64,000 nt of DNA from a virus: the IMG/VR virus record IMGVR_UViG_3300017971_000250, positions 1-64,000 of that record; one strand, written 5' to 3'. The position numbers were made by a program, and so were the translations under genes. Shown piece by piece: positions 27,667 through 37,489 of the stretch; positions within the stretch are counted from its first letter, which is position 1, and each line of letters opens with the position of its first letter. The notes beneath the pieces were generated by a model. It did not search any database and was not told the origin of the DNA. It saw nothing but the letters and a program-made list of their open reading frames with translations.

Positions 27667-28155
27667 CTATCCCTCCTGCTCGTCGTCCAGGACCTCGTCC
27701 TCACCGACAGGCTTCAGGACCCGCGCCGACACTTCGACGTCCGGGGAGTCGTCGCCGCTCTCGATGAGCACCTTCGCCCATCCGTTCGCCGCTCGCTCGC
27801 CGCTGGACCAGGTGATGAACTTCGCGGGGATGTCCTCGCCTTGGTAACGGACCGTCACCGTGTCGCCGAGGCTGAACTCGTCCTCGTTGCAGGAGGCCCA
27901 CTTCGAGGTTCGCTCGGCATCCTCGAAAAGGCCGCCCGCGTTCAGGCCCGCGCGCGCCAGCTTGACCGCCGCCTGAAAGACAATCCGCGTCCGGGGCGGG
28001 ATGCCCTCACCGTCGGTGCCCTTCACGAAGACATCGCCGATCCGCTTGCCGAGCGCGATCACCGCGTCGTTCTTCTTGAGCACGTCCAACTCCTGCTTCC
28101 GCTCGGCCGCCCGCTTGCGGTCCGCCAGCTTCTGCTCGTCGGTTCTCGTTGCCAT
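27667..28155 (-). CDS. hypothetical protein
   Basis: GGAGG SD; 162 aa. Confidence 0.7.
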   Translation of the reverse strand: MATRTDEQKLADRKRAAERKQELDVLKKNDAVIALGKRIGDVFVKGTDGEGIPPRTRIVFQAAVKLARAGLNAGGLFEDAERTSKWASCNEDEFSLGDTVTVRYQGEDIPAKFITWSSGERAANGWAKVLIESGDDSPDVEVSARVLKPVGEDEVLDDEQEG

Positions 28156-28192
28156 CTCTCACTCCTCCATCGGGCTCTCGCCCGTTCAGGGT

Positions 28193-30250
28193 TTAGGTCG
28201 TCCGCCGTTCGGGCTTGCGCCCGTCCCTGCGGTCGACCAGCAACCGGCTCAGCACCCTCATTAGTGCGGCCGGAAACGTCGCCAGGTTATCGACCTGGAA
28301 CCAGGTCGGGTAGTAGTGGCGCGGCGCGTCCGTCTGGATCCCCGCGCCGATGCACTCGATGCCCGCCTTGCCCGCGCGCTTGACGATCTCGCGTAGGTGG
28401 TCGCCGAGAATCTGCTGCGAGTCCCAACCCGATGGCTCGTAGGGCTGGCCGTCGCAGAAGGTGATCAGGATCTTACGTTCCTCGGGGCGGGTCGCTAGCT
28501 GGCGTGCCGCGAAAAGCACCGCCTCGTCCTCCGGGGTGCAGCCGTCCGCCGTGATCCCCATCATCTTCAGGCGGGTCTCTTTGCCGTAGCGCTCCTCCCA
28601 GTCCTTGTAGATCCGGATGCGGACCCGGTTGAACCGGGTGTAAGGCCCCTCGACGCGGATCCCGCTGCACTCCGAGTCGTAGCCGCAAACCATGAAGCTC
28701 GCGCCGTTGACCTTCGAAAGGCACTCGCTCATCGCCAGCGCCGCCGCCCGCGCGTAGGTGGTTCTGTTGTTGCTCTGCATACTGTCCGACTCGTCGATCA
28801 CGATCGCGACCGCCGCGCCGAGCTTCTCACCGGGCTCGCGCTCGGCGAAAACCCTGCGGTTGCCGAGCCGCACGCTGTAGAGGGTCGAGGCGTCAACCGA
28901 ACCGCGCTCCTTGCCGCCGCGCCAGGTCGCCGCCGCGCGCGTCCGCAGGACCGCGAGGATCTTCTGCTTCAGTGTCGTGGCTGGTCCGTGGACCTCCTTG
29001 GCCACGCTGTTCAGGATCTTCTGGCGCTGGTCACGGTCGCTATCCTTGACCCGCTCGCGGATCACCCGGTCCATCGCCTGCGCCTGGGGATGCGGCAGGT
29101 AGCGGCGGTTCCCCTGCGCGTCCAGCGCCGCCGCCGCTTCGATCTGCTTGCGGACCTCGTCCTTCACGTCCAGCGTCTCGGGGAGGCCCTCGTTCAGCTT
29201 CCGGGCGAAATCGTCGCGCTCTGGATTCGGCTGGCTCTGCTGGCCGCCCTCGTTGCCCTCACCGCCGCCCGGCTTGTTTTCGTCACCGCTGCTCGGCTTG
29301 CGTCCCTTCCCGGGCTTGCCTCCGCCCGGGGTGCCCGGCTCGCTGCTCTCTTCGCCGCTGCCCTCGCCGCCGTCACCGTCGCCGCTCTCATCACCCTGGT
29401 CGTCGCCGTCCGTCCCGTCGCCCTCGCCCGCATCGCCATCCTCATCACCCTCGTCGCCGCCCTTGCTCTTTCCGCCCTGGCCGCTGCCCGGGGTGCCCGC
29501 GCCCTGGTCGTCGCCCTCTTCACCGCCGTCGCCCTGGTCCATCGGCTGCGGCGGCGGGGGGATCAGGTTCTTGATCCGCTCAACGGTCTCGCGCGCCAGC
29601 TTCAGCGCGTCGTCGACGCTGGTCTGGTGCTTCGCCCGCTCGATCAGGTCGGTCAGCATATCGGCTACCGCCCGCGCGCCCGGGGAAAGGTAGCTGTCGT
29701 CCGCACCCTGCGCCCGGTCGATAATCGCGCAGCCGATCTCCCACCAGGGGTCGGGGGTTTCACCGGCCGCGATCTTCTGGCCGTTGCGCTTGCGCATGAA
29801 GGAACCGAGGCGGGAAAGGTTCTCCGCGACCCCAGGGTAGTCAGCGCGACCGCCCGCCTCGATCCGAATGTCCTCGTAGGCGTTCAGCAGCATCGTCTCT
29901 TTGGCGATGGTCAGGATCAGGTTCTGGTCCGGCTTCGGGCTCCGAAGCTCCCGCTCCATCCGTCCCTGCTGCGCCTTCATAACGCTCATCGGCGAGGTGT
30001 AGCGCAGGCCCGCCCGCGTCGCCTCCTTCGCCCGGGCCTCCTCACGAACGTGCAGCCACTCGTGATCGATCATCCCCTCCAGCAGCCGCTGGTCGGCGTC
30101 CCGAAGGTAGTCGGCGTTTGCCGGGATCGCGATCACGTTGCCGTCCGTCGCGCAACCCGCGCCCGTCAGGACAACCCTCACGTCGCGCTGCTGTGAGAAC
30201 ACCCTGGCAATTTTCTCAAAATACGATTCCAACCGTGCCGCCGTCTTCAT
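28193..30250 (-). CDS. CobT-like VWA / metallopeptidase-motif protein
   Basis: GCATDG, DHEWLH, NAYEDIRIE, Gly/Asp-rich linker, DESDSM MIDAS, CDGQP. Confidence 0.85.
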   Translation of the reverse strand: MKTAARLESYFEKIARVFSQQRDVRVVLTGAGCATDGNVIAIPANADYLRDADQRLLEGMIDHEWLHVREEARAKEATRAGLRYTSPMSVMKAQQGRMERELRSPKPDQNLILTIAKETMLLNAYEDIRIEAGGRADYPGVAENLSRLGSFMRKRNGQKIAAGETPDPWWEIGCAIIDRAQGADDSYLSPGARAVADMLTDLIERAKHQTSVDDALKLARETVERIKNLIPPPPQPMDQGDGGEEGDDQGAGTPGSGQGGKSKGGDEGDEDGDAGEGDGTDGDDQGDESGDGDGGEGSGEESSEPGTPGGGKPGKGRKPSSGDENKPGGGEGNEGGQQSQPNPERDDFARKLNEGLPETLDVKDEVRKQIEAAAALDAQGNRRYLPHPQAQAMDRVIRERVKDSDRDQRQKILNSVAKEVHGPATTLKQKILAVLRTRAAATWRGGKERGSVDASTLYSVRLGNRRVFAEREPGEKLGAAVAIVIDESDSMQSNNRTTYARAAALAMSECLSKVNGASFMVCGYDSECSGIRVEGPYTRFNRVRIRIYKDWEERYGKETRLKMMGITADGCTPEDEAVLFAARQLATRPEERKILITFCDGQPYEPSGWDSQQILGDHLREIVKRAGKAGIECIGAGIQTDAPRHYYPTWFQVDNLATFPAALMRVLSRLLVDRRDGRKPERRTT

Positions 30251-30909
30251 GACCGCGCCCCCTTGGCGGCATTGCAGCTCCGATGCGCCGCCTGCAGATT
30301 CTCGGGTGTCGTCTTCCCTCCCACCGCGATCGGAGTAACGTGATCAACCTCCGCCGAAAGCGGATGCGGGAACGAGAGCGTCGGATCAATCGCCCCACCA
30401 CAAAGCCCACAAATCCAACCGTCTCGTTCAAGAATTCTCGTCCGCGCAACAGCCGCGCCCTTTCCGGCACGGGCTCTGCGATTCCTGTTCCTCATTACCT
30501 TGACCGCCCGGGGGTTTCGCTTCCGCCACCGCTCATTCCGCTCCCGCGCCCATTCGGGATCCGCCTTCTGCCGTGCATTCGCTGCAGCAATCACTCGCTC
30601 GCGGTTCTTCTCGTACCACCGCCTCTGCGCTCTACGAACCCTGTCAGGGTTCGCCAGACGCCAGGCTTCGCTTCCCGCCCGAATGCGCCCGGGGTTCGCC
30701 ACTCGGTAGCACCGCGCCCGTTCGTTGTCCTTCGCCGCATTCGCCGCGTGTCTAGCACGCCGCCTAGCACGAATCGAATCGCCCTCCCTCTCCCGATAGC
30801 GACGATCACAAATCGCCTTCCCGCACCGTCTCGAACACCCACGCTGATCGCGCCGCCAAGGAACAAACGCCACCCCACAAGATCCACACACACGCTCCTG
30901 GAGGTTCAT
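30247..30909 (-). CDS. free-standing HNH endonuclease
   Basis: N-terminal CxxC...CSRRC; RDGWICGLC...VDHVTPIAVGG...NLQAAHRSCN; ATGA overlaps at both ends. Confidence 0.9.
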   Translation of the reverse strand: MNLQERVCGSCGVAFVPWRRDQRGCSRRCGKAICDRRYREREGDSIRARRRARHAANAAKDNERARCYRVANPGRIRAGSEAWRLANPDRVRRAQRRWYEKNRERVIAAANARQKADPEWARERNERWRKRNPRAVKVMRNRNRRARAGKGAAVARTRILERDGWICGLCGGAIDPTLSFPHPLSAEVDHVTPIAVGGKTTPENLQAAHRSCNAAKGARS

Positions 30910-32138
30910 GGCTCGCTCCTCCCGAAGTGACGCTGCAGGACCCCCGCGACGAACTTGCGGTCGTCGGGTCCGAGCTTGTTGAGCACCGCGATCTCCGAGG
31001 CGCGCCGCGTCCCTAGCTGCCCGCTCTTCTCCGCCCAGGAAAGTAGGCGGCGCAGGCTGAAGGTGCAGCCGCAGTCCTCGTTGGCGTAGCCGAGGCGAAC
31101 CGTCGTGGCTACCTCCACCATCTTCTCGGCCTTGCTACGCTCGATCCCGGTCTTGGCCACCAGGATCCCGATCTCCTTGCTGCCTACCGGGTAGCCTTGC
31201 TGGATCACGATTCCGAAGCGGTCCAGGAAGGCTTCGTTCAGGACGTTGGTCCCGGTATAGAGCCCGGTGTCGTCGCCGCGCCCGAGCGTGTTGGCGGTAG
31301 CGATGATCCGGAAGGTCGGCGCGATCCTCACGACCCGGCCACCGTCGCCCGTCAGGACCAGGCGGCGGTTCTGCTCTAGCAGCGCCTGTAGCGCGAAAAG
31401 AATCTCGGGCGGAGCCGCGTCGATCTCGTCAAGCAGGAGCGCGTATCCCCGGGTCGCCGCCGTAGGCGCGATGCCGTCCTTCCAGGTCACGATGCTCTGC
31501 CCGGTCTCGGGATCGACGTCCAGGACCTTCTCACCGAGAAAGTCGGCCGCCCTGAAGTCGCCGTTCAGGTTCACCCGGATCGTCGGCCAGTTGAGGATGC
31601 TCAGTAGCTCCAGCGCCCCGCTGCTCTTGCCGCAGCCGGTCGGCCCTACGATCAGGACGTTGTCGTCATTGGCCAGCCCGAGCGCGAGCGCCTGCAGGCT
31701 CTCGTCGTCGAATTCATAGTGGGGGTCGTGCTCGGGTACGAAAGCCCGGTCCCGCTCGCTCAGGTCCGCGCGGATCCGAATCTTCACCGGCCCGAACTCT
31801 AACTCGGTGCCGAACAGGTCCTCGGCCTCGTCCTTCGGTAGCGAGGGATCGGCGGCTTGCGCCGTCTGCGCATCCGTCTTTGCCGCCATCACCTTCGCAA
31901 CCCGCTCCTTCTCCTTCTGCCTGCGTGCCCGGCTCCAGCGACCCTTCTGGCCGACGCTGCCCTTCTTGCTCGCAGCCACGCCGATGGTCTCCGCACCCGG
32001 GTGCTTCTCCCGATACTGCTCGGTGCTCATCCCGTGGACGAGCCCGAGGTGGGTCGATAGCTGCTCGAAGCGCTTACCGCACTCCAGGCACTCGACCTTG
32101 CCGTCGCCTTTCATGGTTCCCTGGTTCATCGGTTCCAT
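30906..32138 (-). CDS. CobS/CbbQ/MoxR-type AAA+ ATPase with N-terminal C2H2 (MucR-like) Zn finger
   Basis: GPTGCGKS, LLDEID, IATANT, NEAFLDRF; CLECG...HLGLVHGMSTEQYREKHP. Confidence 0.88.
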   Translation of the reverse strand: MEPMNQGTMKGDGKVECLECGKRFEQLSTHLGLVHGMSTEQYREKHPGAETIGVAASKKGSVGQKGRWSRARRQKEKERVAKVMAAKTDAQTAQAADPSLPKDEAEDLFGTELEFGPVKIRIRADLSERDRAFVPEHDPHYEFDDESLQALALGLANDDNVLIVGPTGCGKSSGALELLSILNWPTIRVNLNGDFRAADFLGEKVLDVDPETGQSIVTWKDGIAPTAATRGYALLLDEIDAAPPEILFALQALLEQNRRLVLTGDGGRVVRIAPTFRIIATANTLGRGDDTGLYTGTNVLNEAFLDRFGIVIQQGYPVGSKEIGILVAKTGIERSKAEKMVEVATTVRLGYANEDCGCTFSLRRLLSWAEKSGQLGTRRASEIAVLNKLGPDDRKFVAGVLQRHFGRSEP

Positions 32139-32151
32139 CTCCCCTCGGCCC

Positions 32152-32391
32152 CTAGCTCAGCACCTTGACTTCGCGCTCGCCGTGGTCGGCCGCGTAGCGG
32201 ATCGCCATCCTCTTCGCCTCGGCGAAGGAGCCGACCTGCCAGAAACGCTCGCTACCAATCTCGAAGGCCCAGTGGCCGTAGCCGCGCGGCTTGCGTCTAT
32301 GCGCCCACTCGAACTCGGTCGTCACGACCCTCACGCTGCTCTGCGCTACCCGCGCCTCGCTTCCCGTTCCCGTCTGGCTTCCCTGGTTCAT
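32152..32391 (-). CDS. small phage hypothetical protein
   Basis: GAGGAGG SD; H.RKPRGYGHWAF motif. Confidence 0.7.
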   Translation of the reverse strand: MNQGSQTGTGSEARVAQSSVRVVTTEFEWAHRRKPRGYGHWAFEIGSERFWQVGSFAEAKRMAIRYAADHGEREVKVLS

Positions 32392-32437
32392 CGGTTCCTC
32401 CTCGGTTCCGGCCGGGGCCCCTTCCCCAACCACCATC

Positions 32438-32466
32438 ATTATCGTCTCGGCCGCCCAGGAAGTCCA
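32438..32466 (-). promoter_or_regulatory. sigma70-like promoter TGGACT-N17-GATAAT
   Basis: Intergenic gap, 17-bp spacing, upstream of a strong SD. Confidence 0.55.
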
Positions 32467-32528
32467 GAGAAATCTTCGCCGATCCCCCAACTTTCTGCTA
32501 TCGCCTACGGCCGCCGCCACTTACGGGG

Positions 32529-33599
32529 TCACAGCAGCCCCCTCAATCGCCTGGTCACGGCCGCCCGCAGCGCCGATTCCAACGGCCGCGCGCCCTGGAC
32601 CGCGCGCCTCAGCACATCGGGCGGGGCCTCCCCGGGGTCGCCGTAGCCTTCGAGGTCGTCCGTGATGCACGCGTCGATTCCGGCCCGGATGATTTGCTCG
32701 ATCGCTTCGTCGTGCGCCTCGGGGTCGAGGCTCAGCACCAGCCGCGTTCCGCCTAGCATTCGAATCGTGCGCAGCGGTCCGAGCCCCTTACCGAGCAGCG
32801 CGACCGAAGCGAAGCCCGCGCGATCGTAGGCGAGCACATCGAAGACGCCCTCGGCGATCACGAGCGCCCGCTTGCCCGCCGCGATACGGGACGCCGCCTG
32901 AAACCATCCGAAGACCAGCTTGCCCGTCCCCGGCCCCGAGAGGTATCGGATCTCGGCCGCCTTCGAAACCGCACGCGCCGTGAAGCTCAATCCCTCGGGA
33001 CAAACGACCGGGAAGATGATCCTGCCGGAGTAGCGACCCGAATTGCAAAAGCCGATCTCGTAGCGCCGCGCCTGCTCGCGCGTCACCCCACGCTCCTGGA
33101 GATACTTCGGGAAGCGCCACACCGGATCACGACTGCTGTCGTAGATAGGCTCCAGCCCGGGGATGCGCTCCTTCGCCAAAATCGCAAGCGCCCCGAGATG
33201 CGTGTTCGCCCGCCACTCGATAGGTCCCTGCGGAGCGGACACGGGCCGGTGCGGTGTCCGGTTTTTGTCCCTTGTCCGGACTGCTGACCCGAAGCCAGCA
33301 CCTCCCCGCACTTCGATCACCAGTGCTGCCTTGGCCTCGTGGGGTTCGAGCCCTTCGTGCTCTGCGTAGAGCGGAGCGAACCCGGATCCCTTGCGCCCGC
33401 ATCGAAAACAGATCCAAGCCCCGCGCTCATGGGTGCCGTGCTCGTCTTCCCACTCTTCGAGATTGACGTAGCAGCGGTCGGCGCTCTTGCAATCTTCGAA
33501 CGGACACGGCCCGACCATCTGAGGAACCTTCCCGGTCGACGGCCGGTAGCCTGCCGCTTCGAGGTATCCCTCTAGGTCGAACTCGTCCAGGAAGCCCAT
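32529..33599 (-). CDS. DNA primase (Zn-binding + TOPRIM)
   Basis: CPF...CFRC, YLQERG, RIIFP, IAEGVFD, LDPE, DPGE. Confidence 0.88.
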   Translation of the reverse strand: MGFLDEFDLEGYLEAAGYRPSTGKVPQMVGPCPFEDCKSADRCYVNLEEWEDEHGTHERGAWICFRCGRKGSGFAPLYAEHEGLEPHEAKAALVIEVRGGAGFGSAVRTRDKNRTPHRPVSAPQGPIEWRANTHLGALAILAKERIPGLEPIYDSSRDPVWRFPKYLQERGVTREQARRYEIGFCNSGRYSGRIIFPVVCPEGLSFTARAVSKAAEIRYLSGPGTGKLVFGWFQAASRIAAGKRALVIAEGVFDVLAYDRAGFASVALLGKGLGPLRTIRMLGGTRLVLSLDPEAHDEAIEQIIRAGIDACITDDLEGYGDPGEAPPDVLRRAVQGARPLESALRAAVTRRLRGLL

Positions 33600-34891
33600 C
33601 AGGTATCACTCACTGGCGGGGCCTTGATCAGCATCCGGGAGAAGTCGCAGACCGCCTGCACCCTGAATCGCGCGCGCCGCGTTCGGCCCTTGCTGATCCA
33701 GATATCCCGATGCGTCTCGCGGTCGAGGTTCGGGTCCTCCGGCATATTCACGCTCAGCACGATCGACGCGATCTCGCCCTTGCTCTGCGCGCCCCGGAGG
33801 TGCCGCGTTCCCGCCATCTTTCCCTCGGCCGATTTGTCCGCCTGCGTCATAACCCAAAGGCCCGCGTCGTGGCGTTGCGCCAGGCCCGCGAGCCTTCGGT
33901 AAACCGTCGTCAGATAGGCCCATCCATACTTCGGATCGAACGTGCCGCCCTCGCCCATCTTGAGGTGGTCAGGCGAGTCGAAGACGACGAGGTCCGGGAT
34001 GAAGCCCCGGGCCTCTAGCTCCGTCCACGCCGCCTCGACGTCGGCCACGGTCGCCTGCTCGACGCCGATGTAGAGGACCTGTAGCTGCTCGGCCAGCCGC
34101 TTGTGATTGCGCTTCAACCAGGTCGTCAATAGCTGCTTGTGCGCGCCGCTGTAGCTCCCGCTTTCGATCAGCGCGTGCGGGATCCGCGTGAACCGCGAGA
34201 TCACCCGCGAGGTCGTCACCCGCTCCCCGTTCTCCGAATCGACATGGAGGACCCGGAAGCCCTGCCGGATAGCCGCGAAGTCGAGCGAGACGCCGAGCGA
34301 GGATTTGCCGTGCCCGGTGACGCCGAAGACGATGCCTAGCTCGCCGCGCCCGATCCCGTCGATGACTTCGTCCAGCGCGTAGAGCCCAGTCGGGATCCGC
34401 TCGGCCCCGGGGATGTGGAGGAGATTCTTGGGGACGAGGGGACGCGCGCTCGGCCGCGACGACGACACGACGCCGCCAGCGAAGGTGCGGTCCAGGAGCG
34501 CGAGTGCCGCCTCGTCCTGTCCCTTCTCAAACCGTTTCGTCGCGCGGTCTATCGTGGTCAGCACCCGCCGCTTCGTCTGCCGCTTGGCGAGCATCCGCGC
34601 GACCACGCGCGGCCGCGCCTCGGGGACCGCCGTGGCAATCCCGTCGAGCGCATCATTGAGCGGATCGTGGAGGTCCGGGGGCAGCGCGAGCACCGCCGCC
34701 CGGAGCGCCGTCATGGACGGGGACTCGCCCGTTGCCTCGTAGGTTTCAACGACCTGTTTCCAGAGCCATCCGTGCTCGGGCTCGGCCCACTCGTAGCCGC
34801 CTAGCTCGGCGATCGTGGAGGCGCAGGACCCGCTGTCAACGATACAACGATGCAACAAGCAGGCTTCCAACTCGCCCCACTTCGCCTCCAT
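33599..34891 (-). CDS. DnaB/gp41-like replicative helicase
   Basis: IPTGLYALD, GVTGHGKS, SEN, VVFD, TQ, KGR; adjacent to primase. Confidence 0.85.
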   Translation of the reverse strand: MEAKWGELEACLLHRCIVDSGSCASTIAELGGYEWAEPEHGWLWKQVVETYEATGESPSMTALRAAVLALPPDLHDPLNDALDGIATAVPEARPRVVARMLAKRQTKRRVLTTIDRATKRFEKGQDEAALALLDRTFAGGVVSSSRPSARPLVPKNLLHIPGAERIPTGLYALDEVIDGIGRGELGIVFGVTGHGKSSLGVSLDFAAIRQGFRVLHVDSENGERVTTSRVISRFTRIPHALIESGSYSGAHKQLLTTWLKRNHKRLAEQLQVLYIGVEQATVADVEAAWTELEARGFIPDLVVFDSPDHLKMGEGGTFDPKYGWAYLTTVYRRLAGLAQRHDAGLWVMTQADKSAEGKMAGTRHLRGAQSKGEIASIVLSVNMPEDPNLDRETHRDIWISKGRTRRARFRVQAVCDFSRMLIKAPPVSDT

Positions 34892-34906
34892 GCGAACCCC
34901 CCGATC

Positions 34907-35662
34907 CTAAAGCGTATCGCCATCACTCTCGTCCACCTCCCGTCGTTTGCACCCGCGTGCAAGATACTCGCGTCGCGCACGCCCCATCGATGGCCACGGG
35001 AGACGAAGCCAGATGTGCGTTTGCCCGCGACGCGATTCCAATAACTTCCTCGTATTCTCGTCGGCCTCCTTGACCGCCGCGCGATCCTCGCGCTCCCCGG
35101 GAGGGATCCACTCGGGCACCATGCTAAGCACTGCGGGACCGACAACATTGCGCAGCGGCGGATACCGAAGATGTCCAGGTCTGCGATAGTAGTCCTCCGC
35201 GACGTCGAAGAGGCGCTCGACCGTGAAGCCGTACTCCAGCAACCACGTCGCACCCTTCTTACAGAGAGCGTCCGCGTTGCCGCCGTAATCCCGCCAGGCA
35301 ACAACGGGACGGTTATGGGCGGAAGCCCATCGGGCAGCGTAGGTGCGACGGATCGTCTCGGCGAGACCGTCGACGGCCGCATACCAAAGCGCGCGACGCG
35401 CACTAGATCGGGAGCGCTTCCATTCAAGAAGCACCAATCGATCCTCCTCGCTGAGCGCTTGCCTTCCCGCGATGAGGCTCACCTGATAGGGTTTCTTCTT
35501 CCCAAGCACCGGAAGCGCGATCTCCCGGGGACGGCCCACTCCCTTCCGTCCCTCCCGCCGCTTCTTACACATGGACGGTTCCGATTGGCGCTTTTCCTGA
35601 TCACGATATGGCATGATCCCTTCCGGAGATGGGGTAGACAGGTTTGAATTTTGCGATTTCAT
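34907..35662 (-). CDS. hypothetical protein next to the origin candidate (possible initiator or loader)
   Basis: ORF between the AT-rich element and the helicase; function inferred from position only. Confidence 0.55.
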   Translation of the reverse strand: MKSQNSNLSTPSPEGIMPYRDQEKRQSEPSMCKKRREGRKGVGRPREIALPVLGKKKPYQVSLIAGRQALSEEDRLVLLEWKRSRSSARRALWYAAVDGLAETIRRTYAARWASAHNRPVVAWRDYGGNADALCKKGATWLLEYGFTVERLFDVAEDYYRRPGHLRYPPLRNVVGPAVLSMVPEWIPPGEREDRAAVKEADENTRKLLESRRGQTHIWLRLPWPSMGRARREYLARGCKRREVDESDGDTL

Positions 35663-35684
35663 ACCTAACCCTTTGCAGCAAGCG

Positions 35685-35802
35685 AAGATCAGATTTTAGG
35701 CAAAACCCGGACCTCCCTAAGAATTAAGAATTAAGAATTAAGAATTAAATCTCTCTCTTATATATATAAGAGAGGTGGCCTTTTTGCCTGAAATCTGATC
35801 TT
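35685..35802. other. putative replication origin: 21-bp inverted repeats flanking (TAAGAAT)4 and a 22-bp AT-rich palindrome
   Basis: AAGATCAGATTTTAGGCAAAA (35685-35705) and TTTTGCCTGAAATCTGATCTT (35782-35802); TAAGAAT x4 at 35718-35745; CTCTCTTATATATATAAGAGAG at 35753-35774. Confidence 0.65.
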
Positions 35803-35928
35803 GCGATCCCGCATAGCGTTAACCCTGATCAGCCCCATAATCCAATTTGTCGCTCCAGCATTCCGAGGAGCCGCTCGGTATCGCGGAGGGTAGGGGCGCA
35901 ACCCCGAGCGGTCTCCCCGTGGGACTGA

Positions 35929-37449
35929 TCACAGTCCCGAACTCCCCGGGAGCAGGTCGTCCGGTATCCGTGCCGGACGCGTCATTCCCTCGATCACCCT
36001 TATCCTGAACCCCCGCGTCTCGTCGTAGAGGTCAAGCCGCGCAAGTGAATGCTCTTGCATGTGCCTTTGCCCCAAGTCGGCGAAGTCGATCACAATAGCG
36101 CGCGTCTTGCCTTCCGAGACCGTCAGGTTCCGAAGGCGCTGCATGACCGCGATCCGGCTCTTTCCTCCCTCGGCATTGATCACCACTTCAAGCTCCGGGA
36201 TATCGACGCCCTCTCCCAGGATGGTCCCGATCACGACCGCGACCTTGCGCTTCTGGAACCGCTCGACGACGCGCCGCCGCCGCGCGGGAGGCGTCGAGCC
36301 GTGGAGCGTCTCGACCTCGACGCCGCGCGCGCTCAGCATCTCCTCCAGCCGCCGCATCTGATCAAGCCGCCCGGTGTCGATGAGTGTCAGCAGGCCCGCC
36401 TTCGCAGCCTGCTCGGCCAGGTCCGCAATCGTCGCGTTACGCTCCTCATTGTTGGCGATGAACTCCGAGTAAGTCCGCCCGTAGCGCCAGCGCTGCGGAG
36501 CGCCGTGCAGCGGCATCCGGTAGAGCAGGACGGTCGGCTGTAGCAGATGCCCCTCCTGAATCAGCCGCTCGATCGGGACCTCGTAGCGGATCGGCCCGGT
36601 GCAGGCCCGCACCCAAATCGCCGAGCGCTCCTGTGGGATGTCGGGATCCTCGAAGAGCGTCGCGCTGAGTCCTATCTTCCCAAAGGCATCGGTGCGCATG
36701 ATCGGTTTGCGCCATTCATCGGCACGCATGTGGTGGACCTCGTCGATCAGGAGTAGATCCGTCTTCGCCTCCAGAGCCCGCGCCTCGCGTGGTCGCGCAA
36801 GCAGCGTCTGGACCGTTGCTACCGTGACCCACCTCGGATCCCATTCCCCGGAGCCGCAGACGCCGATCCATTCGTCCCTGAACGAACGCGGATGCAGATA
36901 GCTGCGGAGTGCCCGCGCGGTTTGCCCGAGGAGCATTTCCGATTCGACGACGAAAAGCGTGCTCCAGCCTAGCTCCGCGAGGATGCGCCCGGCGATGAGC
37001 GTCTTGCCCCCACGGATCGGGACCTTGATGATACCACGCGGGGCGAGTCCGCGCACGCGACATCGGTCGAGGATTGCGCGCACGGCTTCGCCCTGGTAGC
37101 CGCGCGGATCGGGACCAACCCACTCGAAATCCATGCGCCCCTTCGGCCGCCGCCGCTTATCAGCGAATCGGTATCCCTTCAGGTGGCGCTGCGCGACGGC
37201 GAGGAGTCCGGTAGGAATGAGGAGGGGCTTCGGCTCACCGCGCTTCCCGCGCCGGGAGCGCCGCACTAGCTGGATCCGGCCGTCCCACACGCCGCTCTGG
37301 AACTTATCGGTGTGCTCGTGTCCGGCTACTAGATAGGCGGTCTCCTTGCGGAGCGCTTCGAGTGCGGTCCTGCCTCGCCTAGTAGCCTCCAGCCCTAGAA
37401 CCCGAATGTAGTCGTTGTGGACGATGATCACGAGTTGCGCCCCCTCCAC
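35929..37449 (-). CDS. SF2 DEXH helicase (UvsW/XPB-like)
   Basis: RGYQ, GGKT, DEVH, LSAT, GEGVDIP, MQRLR. Confidence 0.92.
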   Translation of the reverse strand: MEGAQLVIIVHNDYIRVLGLEATRRGRTALEALRKETAYLVAGHEHTDKFQSGVWDGRIQLVRRSRRGKRGEPKPLLIPTGLLAVAQRHLKGYRFADKRRRPKGRMDFEWVGPDPRGYQGEAVRAILDRCRVRGLAPRGIIKVPIRGGKTLIAGRILAELGWSTLFVVESEMLLGQTARALRSYLHPRSFRDEWIGVCGSGEWDPRWVTVATVQTLLARPREARALEAKTDLLLIDEVHHMRADEWRKPIMRTDAFGKIGLSATLFEDPDIPQERSAIWVRACTGPIRYEVPIERLIQEGHLLQPTVLLYRMPLHGAPQRWRYGRTYSEFIANNEERNATIADLAEQAAKAGLLTLIDTGRLDQMRRLEEMLSARGVEVETLHGSTPPARRRRVVERFQKRKVAVVIGTILGEGVDIPELEVVINAEGGKSRIAVMQRLRNLTVSEGKTRAIVIDFADLGQRHMQEHSLARLDLYDETRGFRIRVIEGMTRPARIPDDLLPGSSGL

Positions 37450-37489
37450 CTCTACTGTGCGGGGGAGGCGCTGACCGGCGCAGGAATTT

